Below are positions 34,750-44,877 of a stretch of 64,000 nt of DNA, piece after piece (the stretch's first letter is position 1; each line of letters opens with the position of its first letter). A program made the position numbers and the translations under genes. The notes beneath the pieces are model-generated. The model saw nothing but the letters and a program-made list of their open reading frames with translations, was not told the origin of the DNA and ran no database searches. Source of the DNA: Candidatus Hydrogenedentota bacterium (lineage in GTDB: Bacteria > Hydrogenedentota > Hydrogenedentia > Hydrogenedentales > JAEUWI01); contig JAHBVV010000004.1 in the NCBI GenBank assembly GCA_019637335.1, forward strand, positions 80,471-144,470. Direction: 5' to 3'.

Positions 34750-37593
34750 ATGCTCCATCGCCGCGCCTTATGCTCGCCCACTTCAGCCCTCGCGCTTCTC
34801 GCCATGCTTGTTTCCACAGCCGCCGCCACTCTCACCCCCGAGCGCCTTCGCTGCGAGTACCTGGAGAATCCCCTCGGCATCGACGTCGCCGTCCCGCGCC
34901 TCTCCTGGATCGTCACCTCCGGCGAACGCGGACAGCGCCAGACCGCCTGGCAGATTCAGGCGGCCTCCACCCCGGAAAAACTTGCCGCGGGCGATGCCGA
35001 TCGCTGGGACTCCGGCAAGGTGGAGAGCGACGAAACCCTCCACATCCCCTACGGCGGCGCGCCGCTGCATTCCCGCGCGCAGGTCTTCTGGCGTGTCCGC
35101 GCGTGGGACATGAACGGCGCCCAGGGCGAATGGAGCGCTCCCGCCGCGTGGTCCATGGGCCTGCTGGACAAGGCCGAATGGACGGCGGCGTGGATCAGCT
35201 TCAAGGACGACACGCCCTTCGATGCGTCGCAGGAGAAGATGGTCCTGCCGCCCGCGCGCTATTACCGCAAGGACTTCGCCGCGCCGAAGGAGATAAAGCG
35301 CGCCACCATCTATGCCACGGCGCTCGGGATCTACGAATTCTCCCTGAACGGCGAACGCATCACCGACCAGCTATTCGCGCCCGGCTGGCCGGACTACCAC
35401 CAGCGCGCCTACTACCACACCTACGACGTCACAACCCGCCTCCAGCAGGGCGACAACACCTGGGGCGCCATCCTCGCGGACGGCTGGTACAGCGGCTACC
35501 TGGGCTACGGCCTCCTTGTGGGCTACGGCCCCAACAAATCCGGCCGCGCCTTCTACGGCAAGACCCCCGCCTTCCAGGCGCAGCTCGAAATCGAGTATGC
35601 CGACGGCTCGAAGGAGATCGTCATCACCGATCCCACTTGGAAAACCGCTACGGGACCGATCCTGATCGCGGACATGCAGATGGGCGAGACCCACGACGCG
35701 CGCCTGGAAATGCCCGGCTGGGATGCGCCGGGCTTCGACGACGCCGCCTGGAAATCCGCCATCCACGCCGAGGACAACGGCAGCATCCGGGTCCCCTATT
35801 GGGATCAGGGCGGCGGCAAAACCGTCGAGCTCGGTTTCCAGGAGCCGCCGGTCTACCAGTCCCACCCCGGCGTTCCCATCCGCCCGATCGAACGGATCGC
35901 CGCGAAATCCATCAACGAGATCGAATCCGGCGTCTACATCGTCGACTTGGGCCAGAACATCTCCGGCGTGGTCGAATTGAAGGTCAAGGGTCCCTCCGGG
36001 ACGCGCGTCCAACTGCGCCACGGCGAAATGCTCCATCAGGACGGCACGCTCATGACCGAAAACCTCCGCAAGGCCCTGGCCACGGACGTCTATATCCTCA
36101 AGGGCGACCCGGACGGCGAAACCTGGCGGCCCCGTTTCACCTTCCACGGCTTCCAGTTCGTCGAGGTGACCGGCCTGCCCGAAGCGCCCACGCCCGACAC
36201 CGTCACCGGCGTGGTCATCCATTCTGACACCCCGCTCCGCAGCCAGTTCGCCTGCTCCGACGACATGGTCAACCAGCTCTTCAGCAATATCGTGTGGACC
36301 CAGCGCGCCAACTTCCTCGAACTGCCCACGGACTGCCCCCAGCGCGACGAACGCCTCGGCTGGACCGGCGACGCCCAGATCTACGCCCGCACCGCCACGA
36401 TCAACGCGGATGTGGGCGCCTTCTTCACCAAGTGGATCCAGGACCTCGAAGAGGCCCAGAAGCCCAACGGCGCGTACCCCGAGTACGCGCCCCACCCCAT
36501 GAACCACGGCCGCGACGGCATCTCCTGGGGAACCGGCTGGATGGACGCAGGCGTCATCGTGCCCTACGCCGTCTACCAGGCCTACGGCGACACCCGCGTC
36601 ATCGAGCGCCACTACGACGCCATGGCCCGCTTCATGGAATTCCGCCGGAGCCTCGCGCCCGACTTCCAGGGCGTCTTCACCGGCAACGACTGGGGCGACT
36701 GGCTCTCCCTCAGCAAGACCCCCATCGAATACATCGATGCGTGCTACTTCTACTACACCGCCAGCCGCATGGCCGAAATGGCCGACGCCATCGGCAAGAC
36801 GGAAAACGCCGCGAAATATCGCGACTGGATGAGACAAATTCAGGCCCGCTTCGTCAAGAACTACCTGAACGACGACGCCAGCCTGGCCGTGCGGACCCAG
36901 ACCGCCTACGCCGTCGCCCTCAACGTGGGCATCCTCCCCGAGGGCCAGCGCGGGGCCGCCGGCGACCGCCTCGCCGCACTCATCGCCGAAGAAAACCACG
37001 CCATGAGCACCGGCTTCATCGGCACCCATCCCCTCCTCCCCGCCCTCACCGACACCGGCCACCACGACCTCGCCGTCCGCCTCCTCCAGAACCGAAAATA
37101 TCCCTCCTGGGGCTTCCCCGTCGTCAACGGCGCAACCACCGTGTGGGAGCGCTGGAACAGCTACACCATCGAGGGCGGCTTCGTCGCCGGCATGAACTCC
37201 TTCAGCCACTACGCCTTCGGCGCCGTCTGCGAATGGATGTTCACCGACCTCGCCGGCATCGACACCGACGGCCCAAGCTACAAACACATCATCCTCCGCC
37301 CCGGCATCCCGAGTGCGGGGAGCAATCCGGATTTCGCCCCGATTGAATGGGTCGAAGCCGAGTATGACTCGATTCGAGGGAAGATTAAGGTGGCGTGGAA
37401 GAAGACGGAGTCGGGATTGGAATGCAACGTGACGATACCCGCGAATACGACGGCGACATTGGAGCTGCCTGTCGGCGAGGGTGCGGTGGTGACCGAGGGT
37501 GGGAGGGCGTTGGCGGAGGCGGGGATTGCGGTGGAAAGTGATGGGAAGATGAGGCTGGCGGCGGGAAGTTATCAAATTGTACAGTCGAATTGA
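34750..37593 (+). CDS. alpha-L-rhamnosidase (GH78), secreted
   Basis: Signal peptide MLHRRALCSPTSALALLAMLVSTAAA. GH78 N-terminal domain LRCEYLENPLGIDVAVPRLSW..., six-hairpin catalytic region and C-terminal beta-sandwich. Confidence 0.85.
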   Translation: MLHRRALCSPTSALALLAMLVSTAAATLTPERLRCEYLENPLGIDVAVPRLSWIVTSGERGQRQTAWQIQAASTPEKLAAGDADRWDSGKVESDETLHIPYGGAPLHSRAQVFWRVRAWDMNGAQGEWSAPAAWSMGLLDKAEWTAAWISFKDDTPFDASQEKMVLPPARYYRKDFAAPKEIKRATIYATALGIYEFSLNGERITDQLFAPGWPDYHQRAYYHTYDVTTRLQQGDNTWGAILADGWYSGYLGYGLLVGYGPNKSGRAFYGKTPAFQAQLEIEYADGSKEIVITDPTWKTATGPILIADMQMGETHDARLEMPGWDAPGFDDAAWKSAIHAEDNGSIRVPYWDQGGGKTVELGFQEPPVYQSHPGVPIRPIERIAAKSINEIESGVYIVDLGQNISGVVELKVKGPSGTRVQLRHGEMLHQDGTLMTENLRKALATDVYILKGDPDGETWRPRFTFHGFQFVEVTGLPEAPTPDTVTGVVIHSDTPLRSQFACSDDMVNQLFSNIVWTQRANFLELPTDCPQRDERLGWTGDAQIYARTATINADVGAFFTKWIQDLEEAQKPNGAYPEYAPHPMNHGRDGISWGTGWMDAGVIVPYAVYQAYGDTRVIERHYDAMARFMEFRRSLAPDFQGVFTGNDWGDWLSLSKTPIEYIDACYFYYTASRMAEMADAIGKTENAAKYRDWMRQIQARFVKNYLNDDASLAVRTQTAYAVALNVGILPEGQRGAAGDRLAALIAEENHAMSTGFIGTHPLLPALTDTGHHDLAVRLLQNRKYPSWGFPVVNGATTVWERWNSYTIEGGFVAGMNSFSHYAFGAVCEWMFTDLAGIDTDGPSYKHIILRPGIPSAGSNPDFAPIEWVEAEYDSIRGKIKVAWKKTESGLECNVTIPANTTATLELPVGEGAVVTEGGRALAEAGIAVESDGKMRLAAGSYQIVQSN

Positions 37594-37674
37594 TCGTATC
37601 GAGAAGGCTTCACCCTAACGTATACGTTCCTTGCACAGTGGAGACTACTTGGTCGCATCTCAGAGGGAGGCTAT

Positions 37675-38366
37675 TAGTGAGAACTGAAGGAAAACTGAAT
37701 CACCAACCTCAGGAGGCGATTGTGGGGAGCCTGCGCGGGCAGCAGAGGGCACTCTACGAGGCCTTCACGGATCGTGACCGTCGATTGGCCAGAATCTATC
37801 TGGGCAGCCTTCAGATACTCGACTCCGAAAACTGCAATAGACTCGCTCTCGCAGCGCATGGCATTCGCGAGCTACTGACGGAGCTGCCTCAACACTTCAA
37901 GGTAGACCTAAAAGCGTATAAACAGAATCTTGGGAGCAAAGTTCGGGAACTTGAGGATGCTTGGGCAACGGTCTCGTCCAAGAGCAACTGCATAGAATCA
38001 TGTAAGTGGTCGGGTGAGATTGATGGACCTCTTTCAAAATTCCTGACACAGATGCACACTTTCATTGATTGGGTAAGAGTACATATGCCCCGACGCAAGG
38101 ACGAAGCCGCAGAGACGCTATTCGCATTAGACCCTGCTCGAGGTCGACTACCGAAGGACATAGAAAGAATCCATGTGGACCTTTGGTTCAAGTTGCGCGA
38201 CTACTTCGTCGGCATTGCCCATCATGGCGGTGACCCTTCCTGGGATGAGTTTTCCCAATATCTAGACGAACTCGAACGATTCCTGCTTGACAGGCTATCG
38301 CCCCGAACGTTTAGTGATATGGACGAAATCGATTCGCTCATAGCGCACGGTGAATCAAATGATTAA
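37675..38366 (+). CDS. hypothetical protein, possible HEPN-like (R-x5-H) motif, encoded in low-GC island
   Basis: GGGAGG RBS with GTG start 6 nt later (the track ORF starts at an earlier TTG). NRLALAAHGIRELL contains an Rx5H arrangement. Local GC is clearly lower than surroundings. Confidence 0.45.
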
Positions 38367-41250
38367 CCAAGCCACTATCGATAGAGCTGTCGACCTTATC
38401 GGCAAGGGCTATAGTCAATACGATTATTTCTTTTCAAATTTATCCTCACCGGAGTGGATTCTTCCGCTTCGAGAAAAGGGCTTTTTCTCCAACCCACTTT
38501 CAACAATCCGAAGAGACGGGAGCGAATACTGGCTTCGTTGGCCGGAGTCTCGGTACTTGGCACGAATAGCCGCATCAGGACCCCAAGAAGTTCTTACCGC
38601 CTTCCAAGGAATTCCAAAAACGGACAACCCATTCATTCACGCAGACATCGTAGAAGCAGCCCTCAAGATCCCAGCAGATATGGCTGCACCGTTGACAAGA
38701 ATAGAATGTGAGTGGTTGAAGACGCAAAGCTACCTAGGCACATTTGCTGAGGATTATGGAGCTTTGATTTCCCATCTTGCGAAAGGTGGTGAGGTCACGC
38801 AGGCGTTAGAGTTTGCACAGGTATTGCTCGATATTATACCGGATCCAAGATTTGTAGATGCCGATGTGAACTCTGATGCTGATGCCGACGCCGAGTTTGG
38901 AATTCCCTCCTCCCCGCGCCCCAAGCCGAGGCTTCGAGATTGGTACGAAAAAGTGCTAGGGACCAATGTGCCGGACTTGGTGGCAGTGGCAGGTATCGAT
39001 TCTGTGAGGCTGTTTTCCAACCTCCTGGCGAAGGCAATAAGGCTTTCACACAGAGATCCGAGCTCTCTCCAGCCGAACGACCATTTGGACTTTCAATTGC
39101 CGAATCTGGAGGAGCTCGATGAAGTATCCAGAGGAGACACCAGGGTTCTACTCGCGAAGACCTTGCTTCAAGTAGTCGAGCAGGCTGTGTCCCAAAACCT
39201 AAACAATCTTGCAAAGGTACTAGAGATTCTAGATTCCAACAATTGGAATATCTTCACTCGCATTGCTCTGTATACATTGACAAGAGTAACCGAATCAGTT
39301 CCTGCTCTCTGCAGAAGATACGTACTCGATCCAAAGTTATTCCAAAATGGTGGGATTGAGAGCGAATACTTCAACCTTTTGCAAGGCTCTCTTGCATCGA
39401 TGTCTAAAGACGAGCGCAATACTCTTTTTCGCTGGATTCAGAACGGCCCGCCCGACTTGCCGGCCTATATGTCGGACGGTCAGGAGGAGAAAGAAAGATA
39501 TGTCAAATCTTGGAAGTGTCGCCGCTATCACGTCTGCCGAGAACATATTTTTGGAGAATACGAAGTTGAGTACAGTCGACTCCTCGAAGAAGTAGGCTCG
39601 GAAGGTACCGCTACCTTTCAGAGGCCACCGAAGATTTGCCATACATGGTTCGGACCACTTGGCCCTTGCACGCCCGAAGAGCTTGGTGAGCGCACTGACG
39701 CGGAAATCATTCAATATATATCCACGTGGATACCGAAGAGCAATTTGATGGAGCCTACTATAGAGGGGTTGGCTCGTACGCTCAGAACCGCTGTCGAACG
39801 CGATGGTCAGAGATTTTCGCAGATGGCCGAACAATTAATTGAGCTCGATCCGACCTATGTTCGGGCGTTATTTGGAGGACTTGAAAATGCCATCAAGAAA
39901 GCGTCCTACATCACTTGGGGAGCAGTACTGAAACTGGCTCAGTGGGTTGTGGAGAAGCATGGAGACGAACCTGATACGGACGACTATACTGGAGATCGTG
40001 ACCCCGGGTGGAGTTGGACTCGAAAGCGCATTGCGTCACTGCTTGAGACTGGGCTCAACCCATGCGAGTCGGAGATACCGTTCGAGCATCGCCAGGATGT
40101 TTGGGTTGTTCTAGAGACACTCTGTGAAGACTCTGACCCAACGCCCGAGTACGAAGCAGAATATGGGGGAACGAATATGGGGCCAATAAATCTATCCCTC
40201 AACGTCGTCCGAGGCCGGGCAATCAGCGCCGCCATTGGTTATGCGTTGTGGGTCAAACGGCATCGTCTGGCCGGCCTAGAAGAGGACGGAGCCGCCGTCA
40301 GCTGGGTTGAGCAGATACCAGAGGTGTTTTCCGTCTTGGAATGTCACCTGGACCCCAAAAAGGACCCCTCACCCGCGATACGCTCAAACTATGGGCAGTA
40401 TATTCCGCAACTCATTTGGCTAGATGAGGGGTGGACAAGAGCTAATGTATCGAACATCTTTGGGATCAGCAGAAGAACTACTCTCGAGGAAAGCGCATGG
40501 AGTGCCTTCATGTATTTCTGCCAACCAAGCACTAAATTACTCGGTGTACTCGCACCAGTCTATCGATACGCGGTCGAGCATCTGGCCCCATCACCTGATG
40601 AGAACGCTGACGGCTTCGACCAGGGCGCAAGACTTGGGCAGCACCTAATCACCTACTACGTATGGGGAATACTGGAGAACGCCAATATCGAGGGCATGCT
40701 GTCTCAATTTTTCAAGAATGCAGAAGACCGGCTAAGAAGCGAAGCCATTGACTATGCAGGCGAATTCTCTAACGGGTGCCCGGAGGACGAACTGCCCAAA
40801 TTGAAAAGTCGTCTCATGCATCTTTGGCGTGACAGACGAAAGATTATTGACGATGCTCCTGATGTTGACAAGTACAAAGAGGAAATCTCCGCATTTGGAT
40901 CTTGGTTCGTTTCCGATGCATTTGAAGAAGACTGGGCATTGGATCAACTGGTTTGGGCCTTGCAGTCCTCAAAGAAAGTTCGTTCCGCTCACCTAGTTGT
41001 GAAGAGGCTTTCCAATTGCTCGGATCAAGACTTACCTGCGGCACTGATTTGCTTGAAATCAATGATGGAAGGAGATGAGCAGGGGTGGGAAATCTCCAGC
41101 TGGCGAAAAGATGTAAAGCGCTTGTTGCGGAAGTGTCTTGATAGCGAGTCTCAAGACTTGTCAGCGCGAGCCGAGAACGTCATTCACTGGTTGGGTGCTC
41201 GAGGCTTGTCGGAATATCGAAGTCTTCTTACCAAAGCAGACTCGCCATAG
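38350..41250 (+). CDS. large (966 aa) hypothetical protein, no recognisable motifs, low-GC island
   Basis: Stop-free ORF overlapping the upstream gene by 17 bp. Mostly helical composition. No P-loop or nuclease motif recognised by eye. Confidence 0.6.
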   Translation: MNQMINQATIDRAVDLIGKGYSQYDYFFSNLSSPEWILPLREKGFFSNPLSTIRRDGSEYWLRWPESRYLARIAASGPQEVLTAFQGIPKTDNPFIHADIVEAALKIPADMAAPLTRIECEWLKTQSYLGTFAEDYGALISHLAKGGEVTQALEFAQVLLDIIPDPRFVDADVNSDADADAEFGIPSSPRPKPRLRDWYEKVLGTNVPDLVAVAGIDSVRLFSNLLAKAIRLSHRDPSSLQPNDHLDFQLPNLEELDEVSRGDTRVLLAKTLLQVVEQAVSQNLNNLAKVLEILDSNNWNIFTRIALYTLTRVTESVPALCRRYVLDPKLFQNGGIESEYFNLLQGSLASMSKDERNTLFRWIQNGPPDLPAYMSDGQEEKERYVKSWKCRRYHVCREHIFGEYEVEYSRLLEEVGSEGTATFQRPPKICHTWFGPLGPCTPEELGERTDAEIIQYISTWIPKSNLMEPTIEGLARTLRTAVERDGQRFSQMAEQLIELDPTYVRALFGGLENAIKKASYITWGAVLKLAQWVVEKHGDEPDTDDYTGDRDPGWSWTRKRIASLLETGLNPCESEIPFEHRQDVWVVLETLCEDSDPTPEYEAEYGGTNMGPINLSLNVVRGRAISAAIGYALWVKRHRLAGLEEDGAAVSWVEQIPEVFSVLECHLDPKKDPSPAIRSNYGQYIPQLIWLDEGWTRANVSNIFGISRRTTLEESAWSAFMYFCQPSTKLLGVLAPVYRYAVEHLAPSPDENADGFDQGARLGQHLITYYVWGILENANIEGMLSQFFKNAEDRLRSEAIDYAGEFSNGCPEDELPKLKSRLMHLWRDRRKIIDDAPDVDKYKEEISAFGSWFVSDAFEEDWALDQLVWALQSSKKVRSAHLVVKRLSNCSDQDLPAALICLKSMMEGDEQGWEISSWRKDVKRLLRKCLDSESQDLSARAENVIHWLGARGLSEYRSLLTKADSP

Positions 41251-41259
41251 CGAATCGTC

Positions 41260-42360
41260 ACCCGTTCCCAAGCTCTGTTTCGAAGCCTATGTCGCCCCTC
41301 CGGGACTTATGTGGCGGGGATGGGCCTTGATCCCAGGACTTGCTTCGCTGCGCCCTGGGCTACGATATGCCGCCACTTCGTGGCTAAGAAATGTTATTCA
41401 CTCATTCCCAGGCTCCGCTTGGGAGTGCAGTTCCCGAAGCTCCGCTTCGAAGGGCCGTAACGCGTCTGTGTCGCCCCTCCGGGACTTATGGGGCGGGGAT
41501 GGGTCTTGATCCCAGGACTTGCTTCGCTGCGCCCTGGGCTACGATATGCCGCCACTTCGTGGCTAAACCGGCGCTCGACGTCCAGTTGCTGGTGAGTGGT
41601 CGAGAGATTACGCTCTGGCCTACAGCACGCCCTGATGGGAGCCGTACCCCCAACCGAACGGCCAGCGCAGGAATCCGCGCCGAGGGGTCGCATTGCGGAA
41701 ACCATGCGCTGCCCACACGCCCATCCCCCATGGAGGCCAACGCAAGAATCAGTCGCGAGGCAGCGCCATATACACTCGTTCCCAGGCTCCGCTTGGGAAT
41801 GCAGTCCCCCAAGCTCTGCTTCGGAGGGCCGCAACGCGCCTATGTCGCCCCTCCGGGACTTATGGGGTGGGGATGGGCCTTGATCCCAGGACTTGCTTCG
41901 CTGCGCCCTGGGCTACGTTATGCCGCCACTTCGTGGCTAAGAGATGGTCGTGGCGGGGCACCCACAAGCCTTTGCGGCGAAGCCGCAGAGCTTGAGGGTG
42001 GCACCCTCGGGCTGCCGATGGTGATTGCGGTCGGGGTTGCGCTCGAGAACCGGGTTTATGATGTGAGGCTTGGATTCTGCTGGCGACTCCGGTGGGGAAA
42101 TACCCCTTGAACCTGGCTGTGCGACATTCCGCGCGATCGTACGCCACGGTCGACGGGGCCTGGGTGCATCAGGGCTATCGATCGGGGTACGTCCCTTCGC
42201 GCCTTCCCCCGCTCTGCTTAGAAACGCGGACCCCGAAGGGTCGCAATGCGGAAACCATACTCGGCCCACACCCCGTCACCCAAGGGGGCCAACGCAAGAA
42301 TCAGTCGCGAGGCGGCGCCATATCGTAGCCCAGTGGCGAGCGTAGCGAGTCCTGGGTCAC
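41260..42360. repeat. REP array, ~95-bp unit (cgcccctccgggacttatggggcggggatgggccttgatcccaggacttgcttcgctgcgccctgggctacgNtatgccgccacttcgtggct) in both orientations, plus a second ~150-bp repeat
   Basis: Units at ~41281, 41468, 41841, and inverted partial ones at 41390 and 42300-42360. The gcattgcggaaaccat...ggccaacgcaagaatcagtcgcgaggc segment is repeated at 41690 and 42240. Confidence 0.75.
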
Positions 42361-42414
42361 CCGCGCACAGCGCCTAAGAAAGTCCCAACGGGGCGGCATA
42401 GGCCCCGCGTCCGT

Positions 42415-42867
42415 TCAGTCCCAGATGTACTGCGGATCGTATTCCACCTCGTGGGCTTTCAAGAATCCCAGGTACTCCGCCTTAAACGTGTATTTGGCGT
42501 GATGGACCTCCTGGTTCTGGACGTATCGATAAACGGTTTCCTTCTGGCTCGCACTCACGGTGAAGGCGCCGTAGCCCGCCTGCCACGCGAAATCGGAGAG
42601 CGCCGGCCAGGTGCGGTGAATCCAGCCGGAGCTGTTGGATTTGATTTCGGACAGTACGTTCTTGAGTGCGTGGTTCTGGCTCAATTTCACCAGAAGGTGA
42701 ACGTGGTCTTCGGTGCCGTTGATGATGAGGGGGATGCCGTCCACGCCCTGCACCGCGCCCGCGAGGTAGCGGTGCACGTCCCCGCGCAGATTGGGCGTAA
42801 GAAATCGTACGCGGCCCTTGGTAGAAAAGACAAGGTGGTAGATGAGATTGCAGTGTGTCTGTGACAT
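42415..42867 (-). CDS. REP-associated tyrosine transposase (RAYT), IS200/IS605 Y1 family
   Basis: LIYHLVFSTKGRVRFL, HVHLLV (HxH) and the C-terminal Y in VYRYVQNQ. Flanked by REPs on both sides in both orientations. Confidence 0.85.
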   Translation of the reverse strand: MSQTHCNLIYHLVFSTKGRVRFLTPNLRGDVHRYLAGAVQGVDGIPLIINGTEDHVHLLVKLSQNHALKNVLSEIKSNSSGWIHRTWPALSDFAWQAGYGAFTVSASQKETVYRYVQNQEVHHAKYTFKAEYLGFLKAHEVEYDPQYIWD

Positions 42868-42924
42868 GGTGGCCTCCCGTGATGTGCGCCATTGCAGTAT
42901 AGTGTTGTTTTTGGAGTTTACCGA

Positions 42925-43100
42925 TGGGAGGAGGCGTGAATCCAGAACGCGCCTATGTCGCCCCTCCGGGACTTATGGGGCGGGGATGGGCCTTGATCCC
43001 AGGACTTGCTTCGCTGCGCCCTGGGCTACGTTATGCCGCCACTTCGTGGCTAGGAAATGCTATTCGATGGCCCAGTGGCGAGCGAAGCGAGTCCCCTCCC
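42925..43100. repeat. REP copy plus inverted partial copy on the right flank of the RAYT
   Basis: Same 95-bp unit at 42955-43050, then an inverted fragment cccagtggcgagcgaagcgagtcc. Confidence 0.6.
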
Positions 43101-43211
43101 CCTCGCCACAAACTTGTGCGCCGGCCCCGCGCTGTTAAACAATATCCCTGACACGCCGCAATGCGCGCGCCGCCCGAATCAATGCGCCGCGCCTTCTACG
43201 AAGGAATCCCC

Positions 43212-44153
43212 ATGCGAATTGCCCTGACACTCGCCGCGCTCCTCCTGGCGCTCGCCCCACGCGCGGAGGCCGCCGAGGGCCCAAAGATTGTGAAGCTGGG
43301 GACGATTGACGTGGACCTGGTGGAGACGACGCCGGTGGTGTTTAACGGGCGGGTGTACCGGTACGAGTATGTTCGGGAGCGGTACAAGCCCAACACGACG
43401 GGCGATTCGTATTCACGTTTCGTCGACCATGTCACGGGCGAGGCGACGCCGGCCTTTGCGGGGGGCTATCACCTGGGGAGCGCGTTTGTGGATGGCGACA
43501 CGGCGATTGTGACGGCGGTGGATATCTGGGATGGCGAGAAGGTCGAGGTGTTCGTGTCGAAGGACCTGGAGACCTGGGAGCAGTGGACCGCGCTGGACCT
43601 GCCGGGGTACGGGATTTTCAATACGTCGCTTTGCAGGGACCCGGAGGGCTACCTGCTGATGTTTGAGGTGGGCAAACCCGAGGAAGTGGCGGGGGTGCGG
43701 TTCACGGCGCGGTTTGCGCGGTCGAAGGACCTCCGCACGTGGGAATTGACGCCGCCGGAGTGCACCTATTCCAAAGACCGGTACACGGCGCCGCATTGCC
43801 TGCGCTACCGGGACGGGTACTATTACAACTTCTACCTCGAGTCGATGCGGGGCGGCTACGCGCAGAGCGTGGTGCGTTCGCGGGACCTCATAAACTGGGA
43901 GCGTACGCCGGCGCATCCGTTCCTGATGTGGGGCGACGAGGACAAGCGGATTGCGAACCCGAATTTGACGCCGGAACAACGGGCGGAGATCGCGTTGGCG
44001 GAGAACCGGAACAACTCGGATTTCGACTATTGCGAGTTTGAGGGCAAGCTGATTGTCAACTACTCGTGGGGGAATCAGCGGGGATTGGAGTTTCTGGCGG
44101 AGGCCCGGTTTGACGGGACGGAGGCGGAGTTTCTGGCGGCGCTGTTTCCTTGA
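43212..44153 (+). CDS. secreted hypothetical protein, possibly a beta-propeller glycoside-hydrolase-like fold
   Basis: Signal peptide MRIALTLAALLLALAPRAEA. Beta-rich, with repeated D/W-containing blades. Family not confidently recognised. Confidence 0.5.
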   Translation: MRIALTLAALLLALAPRAEAAEGPKIVKLGTIDVDLVETTPVVFNGRVYRYEYVRERYKPNTTGDSYSRFVDHVTGEATPAFAGGYHLGSAFVDGDTAIVTAVDIWDGEKVEVFVSKDLETWEQWTALDLPGYGIFNTSLCRDPEGYLLMFEVGKPEEVAGVRFTARFARSKDLRTWELTPPECTYSKDRYTAPHCLRYRDGYYYNFYLESMRGGYAQSVVRSRDLINWERTPAHPFLMWGDEDKRIANPNLTPEQRAEIALAENRNNSDFDYCEFEGKLIVNYSWGNQRGLEFLAEARFDGTEAEFLAALFP

Positions 44154-44161
44154 TGGGGTTG

Positions 44162-44250
44162 GGGGAATGGCAGGGACTGCAGGGACATCAGGGACTGCAG
44201 GGACGGCAGGGACGGCAGGGACTGCAGGGACGGCAGGGACTACAGGGACG
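44162..44250. repeat. 9-bp microsatellite (R-GCAGGGAC)n, ~10 units
   Basis: ggcagggactgcagggacatcagggactgcagggacggcagggac..., immediately after the stop at 44153. Confidence 0.8.
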
Positions 44251-44443
44251 GCTGACGCTTTTCACGGGTACAGCCGTTCATGGCGCTTCGTGTCACCCGT
44301 TAATGATGAAATACCGCTGCTGACTGTTGGCGCTCTTCTGGAGTCTCGCACGCTCAAGCCTTCGCGGCGGAGCCGCGGAGCTTGAACGTGGCACCCATGG
44401 CTCCCTTTGAAATTTCGGAGCAGGCACGCGGGAGCCCGTCCCC

Positions 44444-44815
44444 TCAGCCGTAGCGGCGCTCTGTGCGGAGTTCTTCCTCGATCGGGCGCACTTCAATCGT
44501 GCCGAGTTGGGCCGAGGGCCATTTTTCGGCGATCTTGAGGGCTTCGTCGAAATCGGCGGCTTCGATGAGGAAGAAGCCGCCGATCTGTTCCTTGGTTTCG
44601 GCGAAGGGGCCGTCGGTGATGGCGGTTTTGCCGTCGCGCACGCGGACGGTGGCGGCGGTCGTGGCGCTCTGGAGCGGGTGCGCGGTGATGAGGCGCTGGT
44701 TGTCGAGCAGGAACTGGACGTAATCAAGGGTCTGCTGGCGGAGGGCCTGCCAGTCCTCCGGGGGCATGTCGTGGAACAGGGCTTCCTCTTCGTAGGCGAT
44801 ACACATGAATTTCAT
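44444..44815 (-). CDS. YciI-like (DGPF domain) protein
   Basis: DGPFAETKEQIGGFFLIEAADFDEALKIA. Confidence 0.7.
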   Translation of the reverse strand: MKFMCIAYEEEALFHDMPPEDWQALRQQTLDYVQFLLDNQRLITAHPLQSATTAATVRVRDGKTAITDGPFAETKEQIGGFFLIEAADFDEALKIAEKWPSAQLGTIEVRPIEEELRTERRYG

Positions 44816-44877
44816 CATTCGGCTCCCTTGCGCTGCCCGCGCTGCTTACCCCGCATATTCTACCTGAATGCGGGGCG

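Larger units (their letters stand above)
41260..43100. mobile_element. RAYT-REP domestic transposon locus
   Basis: Y1 transposase gene bracketed by its cognate REP arrays. Confidence 0.7.

Noticed and set aside
35371-37575. 734-aa - strand ORF
   Set aside because: It is antisense to the GH78 rhamnosidase.
41138-42345. Numerous 80-240-aa ORFs on both strands
   Set aside because: They lie entirely within REP arrays and are repetitive translations.
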